A DNA stretch of 64,000 bases from Squalus acanthias (taxonomy: Eukaryota). The translations under genes and the position numbers were made by a program. A model generated the notes under the pieces. That model was not told the origin of the DNA. It saw nothing but the letters and a program-made list of their open reading frames with translations, and searched no databases. The stretch lies in contig CM059432.1 in the NCBI GenBank assembly GCA_030390025.1, forward strand, positions 15,502,001-15,566,000, in the 5' to 3' direction. This document shows, in pieces, positions 24,706 through 38,329 of this stretch; within the stretch, counting starts at the first letter, position 1; each line of letters begins with the position of its first letter.

Positions 24706-26279
24706 AGAACATAAGAACATAAGAATATAAGATGAAGGAACAGGAGTCGGTCATTTGGCCCCTCGAGCCTGCTCCGCTATTCAATATGATCATGGCAGAT
24801 CTGATCTTGGCCTCAACTCCACTTCCCTGCCCGCTCCCCATAACCCTTGACTCCCTTATCTTTCAAAAATCTGTCTATCTCCACCTTAAATATATTCAAT
24901 GACCCAGCCTCCACAGCTCTCTGGGGAAGAGAATTTCAAAGATTCACGACCCTCTGAGAGAAGAAATTCCTCCTCATTTCCGATTTAAAAGGGTGCCCCC
25001 TTATTCTGAAATTATGCCCCCTAGTTCTAGATTCCCCCATGAGGGGAAACATCCTCTCTGCATCTACCCTGTCAAGCCCCTTCAGAATCTTATATGTTCC
25101 AATAAGATCCCCTCTCATTCTTCTAAACTCCAATGAGTATAGGCCCAACCTGCTCAACCTTTCTTCATAAGACAACCCCTTCATCTCCGGAATCAAACTC
25201 ATGAACCTTTTTCTGAACTGCCTCCAATGCAAATATATCCTTCCTTAAATAAGGAGACTAAAACTGTACGCAGTACTCCAGGTAGTCCCACCAACGCCCT
25301 GTACAGTTGTAACAGGACTTCCCTACCTTTATACTCCATTCCCTTTGCAATAAAGGCCAACATTCCATTTGTCTTCCTAATTACGTGCTGTACCTGCATG
25401 CTAACTTTTTGTGATTCATGTACAAGGACCCCCAGATCCCTCTGTACCTCAGCATTTTGTAATCTCTCTCCATTTAAATAATAATTTGCTTTTTTATTTT
25501 TCCTACCAAAGTGGATAACCTTGCATTTTCCCACATTAAACTCCATCTGCCAGATTTTTGCCCACTCACTTAGCCTATCTATATCCCTTTGGAGATTCTT
25601 TGCGTCCTTCACACAATTTGCTTTCCCACCTATCTTTGTGTAATCAGCAAATTTGGCTACATTACACTCGGTCCCTTCATCCAAGTCATTAATATAGATT
25701 ATAAATAGTTGAGGCCCCAGCATTGATCCCTGCGGCACCCCACTAGTTACAGTTTGCCAACCTGAAAATGACCCATTTATCCCGACTCTCTGTTTTCTGT
25801 TAGTTAGCCAATCCTCTATCCATCTAATATATTACCCCCAACCCCGTGAGCTCTTATCTTGTGTAATAATCTTTTATGTGGCACCTTATCGAATGCCTTC
25901 TGGTAATCCAAATGCACTACATCTACTGGTTCCCCTTTATCCACCCTGCTCGTTACATCCTCAAAGAATTCCAGCAAATTTGTCAAACATGATTTCTCTT
26001 TCATAAAACCATGCTGACTCTGCTTGACTATATTATGATTTTCTAAATGTCCTGCTACCACTTCCTTAATGATGGACTCCAGCATTTTCCCAATGACAGA
26101 TGTTAGGCTAACTGGTCGATAGTTGCCTGCTTTCTGTCTCCCTCCTTTCTTAAATAGGGGCGTTACATTTGCAGTTTTCCAGTCCGCTGGGGCCTCTCCA
26201 GAATTCAGGGAATTTTGGTAGATTACAACCACTGCATCCACTATCTCTGCAGCCACCTCTTTTAAGACTCTAGGATGCA
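24706..26279 (-). mobile_element. CR1 LINE, 5'-truncated, inside Penelope
   Basis: RT motifs; 10-bp TSD GGTTGGGCCT at 24696-24705 and 26280-26289. Confidence 0.92.
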
Positions 26280-27211
26280 GGTTGGGCCTCTGTTCAAGGA
26301 AGAAGCAGAGCGCCCTCAGGCCATCCTGGTGGGGGATGGAGGTGTAGAGGGATTGGACGTCCAGTGAAAAGGAGATGGTTGGGGCCAGGAAACTGGAAAC
26401 TGTTAACGTGGCGGAGGGCGACGGAAGAGTCGTGGATGTAGGTGGGAAGAGACTGGACAAGGGGAGAAAAAATAGAGTCGAGATAGGAAGAGATAAGTTC
26501 CGTGGGGCAAGAACAGGCTGAAACGATGGGTCTACCAGGGCAGTCCTGTTTGTGGATCTTGGGAAGGAGGTAGAAGCAGGCTGTGCGGGGTTGGGGAACT
26601 ATGAGGTTGGCGGCCATGGAGGGAAGATCTCCAGAGGAGATGAGGTCAATGACAGTCTTGGAAACGATGGCTTGATGTTTGGTAGTTGGGTCATGGTCCA
26701 GGGGGAGGTAGGAGGAGGTGTTGGAGAGTTGGCGTTCAGCCTCCGCTAGGTAGAGGTCGGTTCGCCAAACAACAACAGCGCCACCCTTGTCAGCAGGTTT
26801 AATGACAATGTTGGGGTTGGATCTGAGAGAATGGAGTGCTGCAAGTTCAGAGGGAGGTAGGTTGGAGTGAGTGAGGGGAACAGAGAAATTGAGATGGCCG
26901 ATGTCACGCCGGCAGTTTGCAATGAAAAGATCTAGAGAGGTTAAGAGGCCAGAGGGAGGGGTCCAGGTAGAACGAGAATTCTGAAAACAGGAGAAAGGGT
27001 CAGCCTGTGCGGGGGGAAGACTCCTGGCCAAAGAAGTGGACACGGAGACGAAGGCGACGGAAAAAGAGCTCAGCGTCGTGCCGAGCTCGAAATTCATTGA
27101 GGTGGGGGCGTAAGGGGATGAAGCTCAGGCCTTTGCTGAGGACTGATCGTTCGGGGTCAGAGAGGGGAAGGTCAGAGGGGATAGTGGGGTGAGATTGGAA
27201 GAAGGGATGGG

Positions 27212-28147
27212 GTCTCTGATCATGGGGAATGAGATGTACTCCCTTCTCCTTCTGTAGAGAGCGTCTGTTACTTCCCGATGCAGCAATGGACAGTGAACTG
27301 CGAAATGTTTGCAATATCCACTGTTGAAGCTTGGAAGGAGCCAGTGGCGTAGAAATTGAAAGTGACTGTGACCTTAACTGCCACTGAGAGAGACGTCCTG
27401 GTCCTGAGCTGAGGCTGGAGGTCTGGCTGCAGGAGGAGGCAAAGCTCTGTGACCACCTCCTTGCTGAAGTGCTGCCTTCTAATGCACTGCTCCTCTGAGA
27501 GATGAATGTAGGAGAACTGCTCCCGGAATACCCTGGGAGGCTCCGGCCTCCTCTGGAGAGCCCTGTTGGCCCTCCTCCCTCTGGCCACATTTTCCAATCT
27601 TTCTCGCTGCCTCCGACGGTGACGCTGGAGGGCGAGGTCCCGTGCCAGTACAGCCCCCATTAAATGATGGAAATGTTGCACGATCAAATGTAACCCAAAT
27701 GAAAGTGATAAATTTTTCTCAGCCAGAATACTCCATCAAGTTGAAAACAGTCAAATGGGTCAAAACGCCTGTCTGCTTGTGTCAAAACTGACAACGCAGC
27801 ATTTTTTGCCGACAAAACCCCCCCCAGAATTTGACCCCTTTATATAGCGCTCTTCCAGCACTCGTCCGACTGCAAACCACCTCCCTGTACCTGTCGTTGC
27901 TAACAGCAGGCGCTCAGGCAGGGGGAGAATGAATTTCTGAGCCGGGCGCTGCACAGCCGGGTGATGTCATGATCTCGGGGCGCGGGAGATCGCGGCGCCA
28001 GTGGTTACCGCCGCCACCGCAAACCTCCAGCTCAATCTCGCGGCCGTCGGTACTAGCTCCACGCTCGGTCGCAAAGCCGGTAGCGCCCTGTTGGCGCCCC
28101 CCCCGGAGGCGCTAACGGGTGGCGCAAAGGCACCCAATTTCTCCCCC
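27212..28147 (-). mobile_element. Harbinger transposon 5' part with HARBI1-like transposase N-terminus
   Basis: RVFREQFSYIHLSEEQCIRRQHFSKEVVTELC..VAVKVT..FYATGSFQ..ISQFTVHCCI..VTDALY..YISFP; terminus GGGGGAGAAATTGGG matches the 20620/21903 TIR family. Confidence 0.85.
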
Positions 28148-28269
28148 ATGCGTTCTAGTCATCCCAATGGCTCTGCGGTAGAGTCTCTGCCTCTAAGTCG
28201 TACAGACTCTGAAGGTCCAAGATTCGATCCCTGATCACTCACCATCTCCCATTTCCATCATTCCCTCTG

Positions 28270-29280
28270 GTACATCTCCCACCCTTGTCTGAGGGCTGCA
28301 CACTTGAGCGCACTTGGCGCACAGCTGGTCTTGTTGTCCACTGTCAACTTTCATTGCACCATATCAAGCATTGTAGTACTTCCCTGTTTTAGATGACCGG
28401 CAGGGAAGCATCAACAGTGCCCAAACCAACATGGCATTGGCCATGTTCCTGACACTATTCAGGCACAGGAGGTTGGCCCCCTAAATTGGACCTATTTACA
28501 GCTGTTTTCTGCCAAGGTCCAATTTCCGCCCCCCCCCCCCACTCTCCCCAACAGCCCTGGTGTCCAAAACTATAAGATTATGACTGAGTCAACACACCCC
28601 AGTGTTCTCCTTAAAATAACGTGGAACATCACACAGAGAAGGCTGCTTCTGGATAATGGCCCCTGACGTGTGGAAATTGATGTTTCTGTTATCAGATATC
28701 ATGTGAACAGCATTTGAGTAACAAATACTTTGGGGTGGAAACTTCATAGCGCCGGACTGCAAGTGCCAACTGGGCAAAGGGAACAATCCCTGCATCGTAA
28801 GAGGTAGGCCCGAGCCCAATCGAAATTGGAGGAGCCTGGTGGCCACAATGGGACCATGTAAAATGCTTTGCACTCGAGGGAAACCTGCCATGAAGAGAAA
28901 GCTGCGCCTGCTGTCCTGATTCTGCCTTTTCCAAGGGCAAAGTGATGAAGGGGTCTCCCCTTTGCCAACACAGTATTTATCACTTGCTTGATACATATGC
29001 GCACTGAAGACTGCTTGGTATGGCAGGTGCCTTCTAGGATGGCTTCGAAGAATCCGTAACCATATTGTGGTAATTTTCACATCTACAGGAAGCCTGGTCT
29101 ACAGCAGCTTGATCCAAATAATTATTGTCTGCAGGCCACTGTGCAGCAGATGGTATGACCGTATGGGACCTTGTTTTGTAAAGTGGAAGCAGGAAGTTGG
29201 GTCAAGTTTCCTGTTACATGTCCAGGTACATGTGGAGAGGTTTATAAAGCCATCAAAACTAGATTTGTTTAAAATTTCTG
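28270..29280 (-). pseudogene. Highly degenerate HARBI1-like Harbinger transposase
   Basis: Across shifted frames: FHFTK..HLL..LQ, LPVDVKIT, QSSVRICIKQV, AGFPRVQ. Confidence 0.6.
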
Positions 29281-29489
29281 AAAGGCTATAAAAAAACAAA
29301 CCAAAAATATGCTGCTTAAGAGGAAGAAGATACTTTGCCCAGATTAAGTGAGTGGCAATTCATTGGTTAAATTATTCATTTGTAGATGTATGTGAAATTA
29401 GGAAACACTCCTACACACAAAGGGTGGTAGAAGTTTGGAACTCTCTTCCGCAAACGGCAATTGATGCTAGATCAATTGTTAATTTTAAC

Positions 29490-31612
29490 TGGTACTTGGG
29501 TGGCCGTTCCCCCTGGTACGGCCCTCATCTTCGCTCTCTCAAGTCCAAGGGACGCAGACCTGAATGGATATGGCGGACAACTGGTTTAGCCATTCACCTT
29601 GATCTGGCTGGACCACATAAAGCATTATCGGGTCTTGCTCTCGTCTGCCAAAATTGCTCACTATTCCAGAATCATTCTGGAATACAAAGATAAACCCCCG
29701 GCTTCTATTCTCCACTGTTAACCGTCTTCTTAAAACCCCTCTCCTCTGTCTCCTCCACCCTCACCTCCGACAACAAGTGTGAGGAGCTCATAGACTTCTT
29801 TATTTCTAAGCTTGAGAACATCCGTTCAGCTGCCTTTACCACTTCCCTTCCTTCCCCATGCCCACCGGGCCAAACTTCCTATAAGGTTCCCCCTGCCCTA
29901 GCCCTGAACTCACATCTTTCTCCAGTTTCTCTCGGATCGCCCCTCATGACAACTCCGCGCTCATCTTGTCCATGAGACCCACCTCCTGCTCTCTCGACCC
30001 TATTCCCACCAAACTGCTGACCACCCAACTTCCTTTTCTGGCACACATGTTAGCTGACATTGTTAACGGTTCTGTCTCCTCAGGTACTGTCCCCCTCTCC
30101 CTCAAATCTGCCGTCATCACCCCCTCCTCAAAAAAACAACCTTGACCCCTCCGTCCTTGCAAACTACCGCCCCATCTCCAACCTCCCTTTCCTCTCCAAA
30201 GTCCTTGAGCGAGTTGTCGCCTCCCAAATCCGTGCCCGTCTTTCCCACAATTCCATGTTTGAATCCCTCCAATCAGGTTTCTGGCCTTGCCACAGTACCG
30301 AAACAGCTCTCATCAAAGTCACAAATTACATCCTTTGTGACTGTGACAAAGGGTAAACTATCACTCCTCATCCTTCTTGACTTGTCTGCAGCCTTTGACA
30401 CGGTTGACCATTCCATCCTTCTCCAACGCCTCTCCACCGTCGTCCAGCTGTGTGGGACTGCACTCGCCTGGTTCCATTCTTATCTATCTAATCGTAGCCA
30501 GAGAATCACCTACAGCGGCTTCTCTTTCCGCTCCCGCATCGTTACCTCTGTCCTCCAAGGATCTATCCTTGGGCCCCTCCTATTTCTCATCTTCATGTTG
30601 CCCCTTAGCGACATCATCTGAAAACACAGCGTCAGTTTCCACATGTACGCTGATGACACCCAGCTCTACCTCACTACCACTTCTATCTGACCTCGCCACG
30701 ATCTCTAAATTGTCAGAATGCTTGTCCGACATCCAGTTCTGGATGAGCAGAAATTTTCTCCAATTAAATATTGGGAAGACCGATACCATTGTTTTCGGTC
30801 CCCGCCACAAACTCCGTTCCCCAGCCACCGACTCCATCCCTCTCCCTAACATCTGTCTGAGGCTCAACCACACTGTTCGCAACCTTGGTGTCATATTTGA
30901 CCCTGAAATGAGCTTCCAACCACATATCCGCAGCATAACTAAGATCACCTATTTCCACCTCTGTAACATCGCTCATCTCCGCCCTTGCCTCAGCTCATCC
31001 GCTGCTGAAACCCTCATCCATGCCTTTGTTACCTCTAGACTTGACTATTCCAACGCACTCCTGGCTAGGCCTCCCACGTTCCACCCTACGTAAACTTGAG
31101 GTGATCCAAAACTCGGCTGCTCGTGTCCTGACTCGCACCAAGTCCCGTTCACCCATCACCCCTGTGCTTGCTGACCTACATTGGCTCCCGGTTAAGCAAT
31201 GCCTCGACTTCAAAATTCTCATCCTTGTTTTCAATGGCCTCACCCCTTCCTATCTCTGTAATCTCCTTCAGCCCCACAACCCCCCGAGATATCTGCGCTC
31301 CTCTAATTCTGACCTCTTGAGCATCCCTGATTATAATCGCTCCACCATTGGTGGCCGTGCCTTCTGTTGCCTAGGCCCTAAGTCTTGAATTCCCTTGCCT
31401 AAACCTCTCCGCCTCTCTACCTCTCTCTCCTCCTTTAAGATTCTCCTTAAAACCTACCTCTTTGACCAAGCTTTTGGTCACCTGCCCTAATTTCTCCTTA
31501 TGTGGCTCGGTGTCAAATTTTTTGTCTTATAATAGTCCTGTGAAGCGCCTTAGGATATTTTACTACGTTAAAGGCGCTATATAAATACACGTTGTTGTTG
31601 TTGTTGTTGTTG
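29490..31612 (+). mobile_element. L2 LINE, 5'-truncated, inserted in a CR1 3' fragment (29395-29487 / 31613-31775)
   Basis: NYRPISNLPFLSK, LDLSAAFDTVDH, YADDTQLY, SRLDYSN; (TTG)n tail. Confidence 0.92.
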
Positions 31613-32299
31613 TAAATCTAAGATTGATAGATTTTTGTTAACTGCAGGTATTAAGGGATATGGGCCAAAGGCAGGTATATGGAGTTGGGTCGCAGATCAG
31701 CCATGATCTCATTGAATGGCGGAACAGGCTCGAGGAGTTCAATGGCCTCCTCTTGTTCCGATGTTCCTATGTTCTTACCGTCCAAGAAATATAAACATAC
31801 AGCAGCCGAAGAACCCAATGTAACGGCTTTCCTATTTTTAAATCCTACAATAAACTTTGCATTCATGCAATGTAGAAGAGGAAGATAGGCTACTGCGCTA
31901 CAAGAGGTTTCCTTTCACACTGTCTTAGGAAGTTTGGTTTAATTCTTCCTTTGGTGCAGGCCCAGCAGTTTGATGAGGAGTAACGGCGTGAAGAACATTC
32001 GGCACTGGTTACGGTCAGCTTTGTAAGCACCCACAGCAGAAGCCTGGCGTTCATGCTGTAGTCTGTGAGACTTTGGTAGCACTTTCAAAGTAGATTGGTA
32101 TTTTTTTGCAAACTGTAATATTTTACAAAAAGATCAAAATGCACATTTATTTTACTTAAATTCAGAAAATATATTGACAAGATATTTTTAGTTGCATCAT
32201 TCACAATCTGGATATTCCAATCAAAATTCAATTTTTTTGCATTATTTGGAGGAATGAGAGGAGGAGGAATGGAAGGATGGCAGCCAGGTGGGACTACAC

Positions 32300-33230
32300 T
32301 GGAAACAAATCGCCTGCATCCACCATTACCCACACTTATCTTAGGAAAACGGTTTTCACGGGCTCTGTGACAGTGTTGTAACATCTCATGGAAGCTTATC
32401 TCTATCCAATCTCCACCACAGGAACAGCACTGCTGGTGGCTACAAAGGCCCCCACAGCCTTAATGCCTCTGGTTCATTCCAAGCTGCCACAAGGGACAAC
32501 AGCAATATCTGTCAATCTGCAGTCCACACATATATCAAGCAGGTGACGGATGTGATGTTCGCCAGGGCAAGCAATTTTATTAATTTCTCCATGAACACCA
32601 GCAGCACAATGAGAGGGTACTTTTCATTCTTTTCAGAGTGCAGTATTCTCCAAAGTTCAGGGCATGACACCCATGTGGCTCAATGGCACACGATTGCTTC
32701 ACCTTCATGAACCTCAAGGCTGTCCACTTTCAATGTGCAGGTCATCTGGGGCCATCAAACTGGGATAATGCAAATGAATACCTGCTTCCTAGGTAGCAGT
32801 TGTGATAGCTTCATTTTAAGGCAGTCTATGGTGCCAGAATTATCTGAGCCACAAAGAAGAGTGCAAAGTTCACTCTTAGGAGACCACGGCAAACTTCTTG
32901 AATCCTGGCTTATGATATCTCTGAGACTTGCACAAACAGCAGCAGAGCTAAAGGGATCAAGGGATATGGGGAGAAAGCAGGGACAGGGTACTGAATTTGG
33001 ATGATCAGCCATGATCGCATTGAATGGCGGAGCAGGCTAGAGGAGCCGAATGGCCAACTCCTGCTCCTATCTTCTATAATTCTATGATTCTACAATGCGA
33101 GTCCCATACAGCCACCAGGCTCATCGTTGAACATACAATAGACATCTTGAAGCAGCACTTCAGCTACTTGGACAGATCTGAGGCATCTAACAATGCAATT
33201 CTGCCAAGGTCTCGAAGATTACCTTGCATG
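32300..33230 (+). pseudogene. Degenerate HARBI1-like transposase, split by a CR1 tail (32948-33090)
   Basis: SGSFQAAT..CQSAVHTYIKQVTD..FINF; NVQVIW..GSSCDSFILRQS; LLGDHG..WLM; HTATRLIVEHTIDILKQHFSYLDRS. Confidence 0.8.
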
Positions 33231-33674
33231 CTAGATTCATTAAAATGATACCAGGGAGGAGAGGTTTTGGTTATCAGGAGAGATGAGAGAAAGTAGAGCT
33301 CTTTTCATTAGAACAAAGAAGGTTAAAAAGAGATCAGATACATATGTTCCAAATTTAATAAGGTTTTAATAAGGGAAAAACTATTTCCACTAGTCAGTGA
33401 GTGGGTAACTAGAGGGCATAAATTTAAGAATGTCACCAAAAGAACAAAGGGAGTTGTTAGAGAAATATTTTGAAAGGGTTTTTAGGATGTAGAGTACTCT
33501 ATCAAACACTAGCAGAAGCAAAATCCATTATCTATACATTTGTAATATATTAAAACTCTTACGTCTGCGTGCACTTTCTGTCTTTGCCATTTCTCATAGA
33601 ATCATAGAAATTTACAACACAGAAGGAGGTTATTTGGCCCATCATGCCTGTTCTCGTCAAGTTTTTGTCACATT

Positions 33675-35453
33675 GGGGGGAATTTTTCGGGGGGGTCAGC
33701 AGGGGCATTCAGTGGCGGGTCAGGTGGGAAAATGTTTTTTTTTGACAGCGGGTCGGAACCCCACTGTCAACCCGCCACCACGCGCCTTTCCCAGATGTCG
33801 GGTCTGTCAGCGCTGAACAGACCCGACACACAGCAGTGGGGGAGGCAATTCAGGTCATTATGACCTTGTTAACAGCCCATTAAGAAGTATTTTGAGCTCA
33901 CCTTTACATTTTACGAGGCTGCCCATGCGCTCCACGCTGCTCAGGGATCACGTCAGGTAAGCATGTCGGGAGTTATATGACCATGGAATCATCTCTTTAC
34001 TTGACAGCTGCAAATGTGCTATAAAAGCTCCCATCTCACATCTGTTCACTTTCCAAGCTCAGAAGCTGTTGCTTACTGCATTTGGAAGACAGATTGAGCT
34101 TTATGCAGGTTGTAAGTGTTTGGGGTAAACTCTCTATCCAGTGTCGCCTCATTGGAACAACCTCTCTCACCACTGACAGATCGCTTCTGTCATCTCAAGT
34201 TCACCTGCCATCTATTACATCAGCATCGGTGCCCTTGAAACTATCTCACCTTGGTCCTCAGACTCCCACCACGATCAGCCCCAACACCAGCAGCACCAGG
34301 CACACCAGCAGCACCAACAACAACGCTAACCTTCTCCGCAATCAACTGATGCTGCACAGGACACAGGGCATCAGCACCCATCCACATTGCTGCCTGGGAG
34401 GCCAGGGATGACCTCACCATGGCCAGATTTACTTCACTTGACGCTGTACACCCTGGCTGCCACATGATGCGCCAGGTTGGCACCACCCCACACCAACACC
34501 ATAAAGCATCCCTACAATGCCCAAGCCATTCCTTTCACACTCATGACCATTGCGGGGGGTACCGTTATGTCTCACCATTCACTGCAACTCACTAAGCCAC
34601 TTCCGAAGGTGCACACAGATCTGTCCAAGAACGCAAAGTGTTGAAAATAAAGGTTTCAATGTTTGACACCACATTAACAGAAACTTTACATGAACATTGG
34701 CTAAAACACCCAAGTGCCTATCCTTGTGTGTTGTTAGTTGGTATGATTGCACTAGGATGAGGGTGAGTGTGAGGGGTGGCTAGTGAGATGGGGAAGTGAT
34801 AATGTAGATAGAGAGGGATGGGTGGAGGTGCAAGGTAAGTTGGTGTGAGTAAGGATGTGCAGGAGTAGGGTAGGGAAGGCAGAGTGATGGGGATGTGATG
34901 AGTGGCACAGCAGGATGAGGCTGAGTGTGGCTTTGTACTAACGTTTCGTGTTCTACTGAGATCATTGAAAGGTTGGTGCCACTGCAGCCTGGTCCCCCTT
35001 ACGACATCCATGCTTGTGTCCTCCTGTGCAATGTGCAACCAGGCTGCATTGGTCTCCTGGGGAGGTCTCTTCCGCCCATTGGAAGGGAAGAGAACCTCCC
35101 TGTGTGCTGTGACTCCCTCCATAAGCATATGGAGGGAGTCATGGGAGAGCCTGGGTGCAGCTGTGCACCTCTGTGCAGTGCTTGTCAGTATTTGCAGCAC
35201 CTCAATGCTGTAGAACACTGACAGCACAACTGTCAAAGTAAATTTGCACATGGTCCCTTTAAGGAAACCGGCTGATGACACGTCATCAAATGACATCACC
35301 AAACCCACTTCCTTCAATTGACCAGGAAACACGCTGGACAAGCCCAATCAGGGGAAAATCATTTTCAACATCGGGCTGGAGCCAGCAGTGAGGTCAGGAC
35401 CCACCACCGACGTCACCCGCAACAGACCCGCCGAGGTTGGTAAAATCCAGCCC
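33675..35453 (-). mobile_element. Non-autonomous Harbinger carrying a Myb/SANT-like fragment
   Basis: AAPRLSHDSLHMLMEGVTAHREVLFPSNGRKRP..AWLHIA..FNDL (about 34940-35175); imperfect TIRs; ATT on both flanks. Confidence 0.8.
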
Positions 35454-35909
35454 ATTGTGTCTACTTTTACGCATGATAATTTCCTATCTCGATGTTTATA
35501 ATGGAAATTGCCACATTACTCTAATTGTGTGACCTGGCCACTGGGCTCCCACACATTTTTTCAAAGTGCTTTTTTTAATCTGCTGTTTTTTTCCACAGAA
35601 ACTGAAATTTCTAATGCCCAAATAGGAGTTTAACCAAAATTTTAAAAATGAAAAATATACATATTTAACAATAACATGGTTACATTTATCAATTAAATCA
35701 TCTTCTGTGTCTTTTAATGCCTTCATTAAAAATTTTAACATGAAGGTTTCAACCTCTCCCAAAAGCCTGAGCTTGGAGCTGATATTTTTGCCCAGAACGG
35801 TGATGCTGTGCGCTGGGTCTGGGTTGCGCATTCTGAGCATGTGCAGTGTAATTTCCCCAGATGCATCACTGCTCTTCAGTCAGCTGTACCGAGGAATATT
35901 TTTCTCCGG

Positions 35910-36240
35910 CTACAATTGAATAGATAATAGTAAAACCAGGCAATGAGCCCTACTCAGCTGGACAACAGGGGAGAGACGTTGAAGGAAGACGGTGTGGCCG
36001 ACCATGTCAAAGGCTGCAGAGAGACAGAGAAGGATAAAGAAGGATAGTGCACCATGATCACAGTCACAGAGGGTATAATTTGTGACTTTGATTATTGCTG
36101 TTTCAGTGCTCTGGCAAGGGCAGAAACCTGATTGGAGAGGTTCAAACATGGAGGTGCGGGAAATATGGGCGTGAATTTGGGAGGTGACAACACGTTCAAG
36201 GACTTTGGAGAGGAAAGGGAGGGTGGAGATTGGGCAACTT
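35910..36240 (-). mobile_element. L2 RT fragment
   Basis: PISTLPFLSKVLE, QSGFCPCQSTETA, LSAAFDMV. Confidence 0.8.
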
Positions 36241-36439
36241 GACCTCCTGTTTTCACCTTTCGTCACACCTTTTGTGCTAGATCTTTAGCATTATAAATGC
36301 CTCCCTCCACATTTATCGTGGGCACATAATCTTGTCATATTCTATTTGCACAACTTGGCCAATGGCAGCCTGTGACGTGAACTTATGAACTTTCTCTCAC
36401 AGCTTGACCGTCATCTTGGTTTTGCTCGAGCGATTTTTC

Positions 36440-37005
36440 CTCCTTTTTATTTATTTGTTTATTTGTTTATTTATTTGTATTCGTTTATGGGATCAGGGCA
36501 TTGCTGGCAAGGCCAGCATTTATTGCCCATCCCTAGTTGCCCTTAAGAAGATGGTGGTGAGCCGCCGCCTTGAACCGCTGCAGTCTGTGTGGTGAAGGTA
36601 CTCCCACAGTGCTGTTAGGGAGGGAGTTCCAGGATTTTGACCCAGCGACGATGAAAAGAACAACGATATATTTCTAAGTCAGGATGGTGTGTGACTTGGA
36701 GGGGAACTTGGAGGTGGTGGTGTTCCCATGCGCCTGCTGCCCTTGTCCTTCTAGGTGGAAGAGGTCGCGGGTTTGGGAGGTGCTGCCGAAGAGGCCTTGG
36801 CGAGTTGCTGCAGTGCATTTTGTAGATGGTACACACTGCAGCCACGGTACGCCGGTGGTGGAGGGAGTGAATGATTATGGTGGTGGATGGGGTGTCAATC
36901 AAGCGGTCTGCTTTGTCCTGGATGGTGTCAAGCTTCTTGAGTGTTGTTGGAGCCGCACTCATCCAGGCAAGTGGAGAGTATTCCATCACACTCCTTACTT
37001 GTGCC
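36440..37005 (-). mobile_element. LINE family B 3' fragment
   Basis: Near identity to 4722-5250; (TTTA)n tail. Confidence 0.88.
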
Positions 37006-38329
37006 TGCAGCCTTACTTGTGCCTTTGGTCAGGCAAGTTCATTCTACACTTGAAAATTTCACATTTTGTGTTTGCTATTGCTTCTAATATTAATCATTCT
37101 TTCCTTCAGGTTTTCCTGCTGTTTTACTGGAACAGCACCAGCTCGTCGGTACCTCTGTAAAAGCTTCTTCCAGAGTTTCTCATGATGGTCCCGCAGCTGC
37201 AGTCGCTGCATGTGTTCGCAGTATTTCACTGAACAGATTTTGAAGATGCGTGTGTCAAGGACCAATGGTTAAGTGTTTCAGTAATATACTACTTGCAAGG
37301 AAATAATTGTTGCACTGGAGGATGCCAACTGGGACTAATGGAAAAAAAATCTTTACTGTGAAATGGAATGATTGTTGTTAAATGTAAAATAAGAATAGAT
37401 AATAAAATATTTTGTCTAAATTATATTGAATCATATTTTGAAGAGAAATTAATTACTGCAGAACTGACACCACAAGGGATTCCAATCAGTGTAATCATCA
37501 ACATCTGTCTGCACTTTCCCATCACTCTTCATTTAATATCTTATTTACTTCTTGTGATCTTTTTAATGTGAGTGAGTGATAGCATGCTGTGATAGTAGTA
37601 TTGTCACATTGCCTTCATTGATTTTTTCCCCCTTCTGCATTCTGCTCTCTTTTGCTGGGTTATGAGGGCGAATTTTCCGATCCCCTGCACTCGTGAGGTG
37701 GGGGCCGAGCAGTTGTGACTGCAATACTCGCTGCAAGGGAAGCAGGCCAATCACACAGGATTTTCTGCAATCCGCCTCATCAAGGATTTACAAGGAGCTC
37801 CTCGTGCTGATTTCGCCTGAGGCAGGGAACTCAGAATGGCAGTGGTGAAGAGCTGCTGGTTGGTGGGGAGCCAGTGATGCTTCTCTGCTCAGCACCTCCC
37901 CCCCCCCCGCCTGGTTATTGAACCCGTTGATAGCTGCTTGCTTTGTTTGTCGCTCTGGTCTGCCTCCCAGCTGCCCCCACCCCGACAAGCCCTGTCTTTG
38001 GCCAACGTGCTAGCAGGCACAATCTGCCTGCCAAACCCCCAAAAAGCAGTGTGGCTTCTATCCATCAGCTGGGCCAGCATTTGTCCCCCCTCACGTCAGC
38101 TTTGGGCCGATTGTGAGAACCTGTGCTGCTGCATCAACCAGTATGTTCATCCTTGCATGTCATCTAAGTGCATCTCTTTTGCACCCTCTTCATGGCCTTG
38201 GCACAACTTCCTAAAGCAGAGTGCTCAAAACAGGACCTAATATTCTAACTATGATCAAACCAACTCCTCCATCATTATCCCTAGGCCTGTTTTGCCCCGC
38301 TAGCAGGATAGACCTTTCTCAAAGGTGAA

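Larger units (their letters stand above)
22930..27211 (-). mobile_element. Penelope-like retroelement (RT + GIY-YIG), interrupted by two CR1 insertions
   Basis: KPADKGGAVVVW, FYLLPKIHK..GRPIVS, SLDVQSLYTSIP, MGTRMGPSYA, YKPTDSHSYL, CKRRRCNTC, LYIGETKR..RFAEH; pLTR with hammerhead motif at 22995-23031. Confidence 0.92.

Noticed and set aside
25816..26460. Apparent novel fused RT ORF
   Set aside because: Chance in-frame junction of Penelope RT with an inserted CR1, delimited by the GGTTGGGCCT TSD.
35496..35900. Minus-strand ORF MLRMRNPDPAHS... as a host exon (possible in-frame TGA/Sec)
   Set aside because: No homology recognised; the region has MITE-like features (GCGCAT..GCATGTGC, AT-rich core) and an in-frame stop right after the putative acceptor.
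37059..37265. Minus-strand ORF KYCEHMQRLQLRDHHEKLWKK as an exon
   Set aside because: Weak splice sites and no recognisable homology; cannot be supported.
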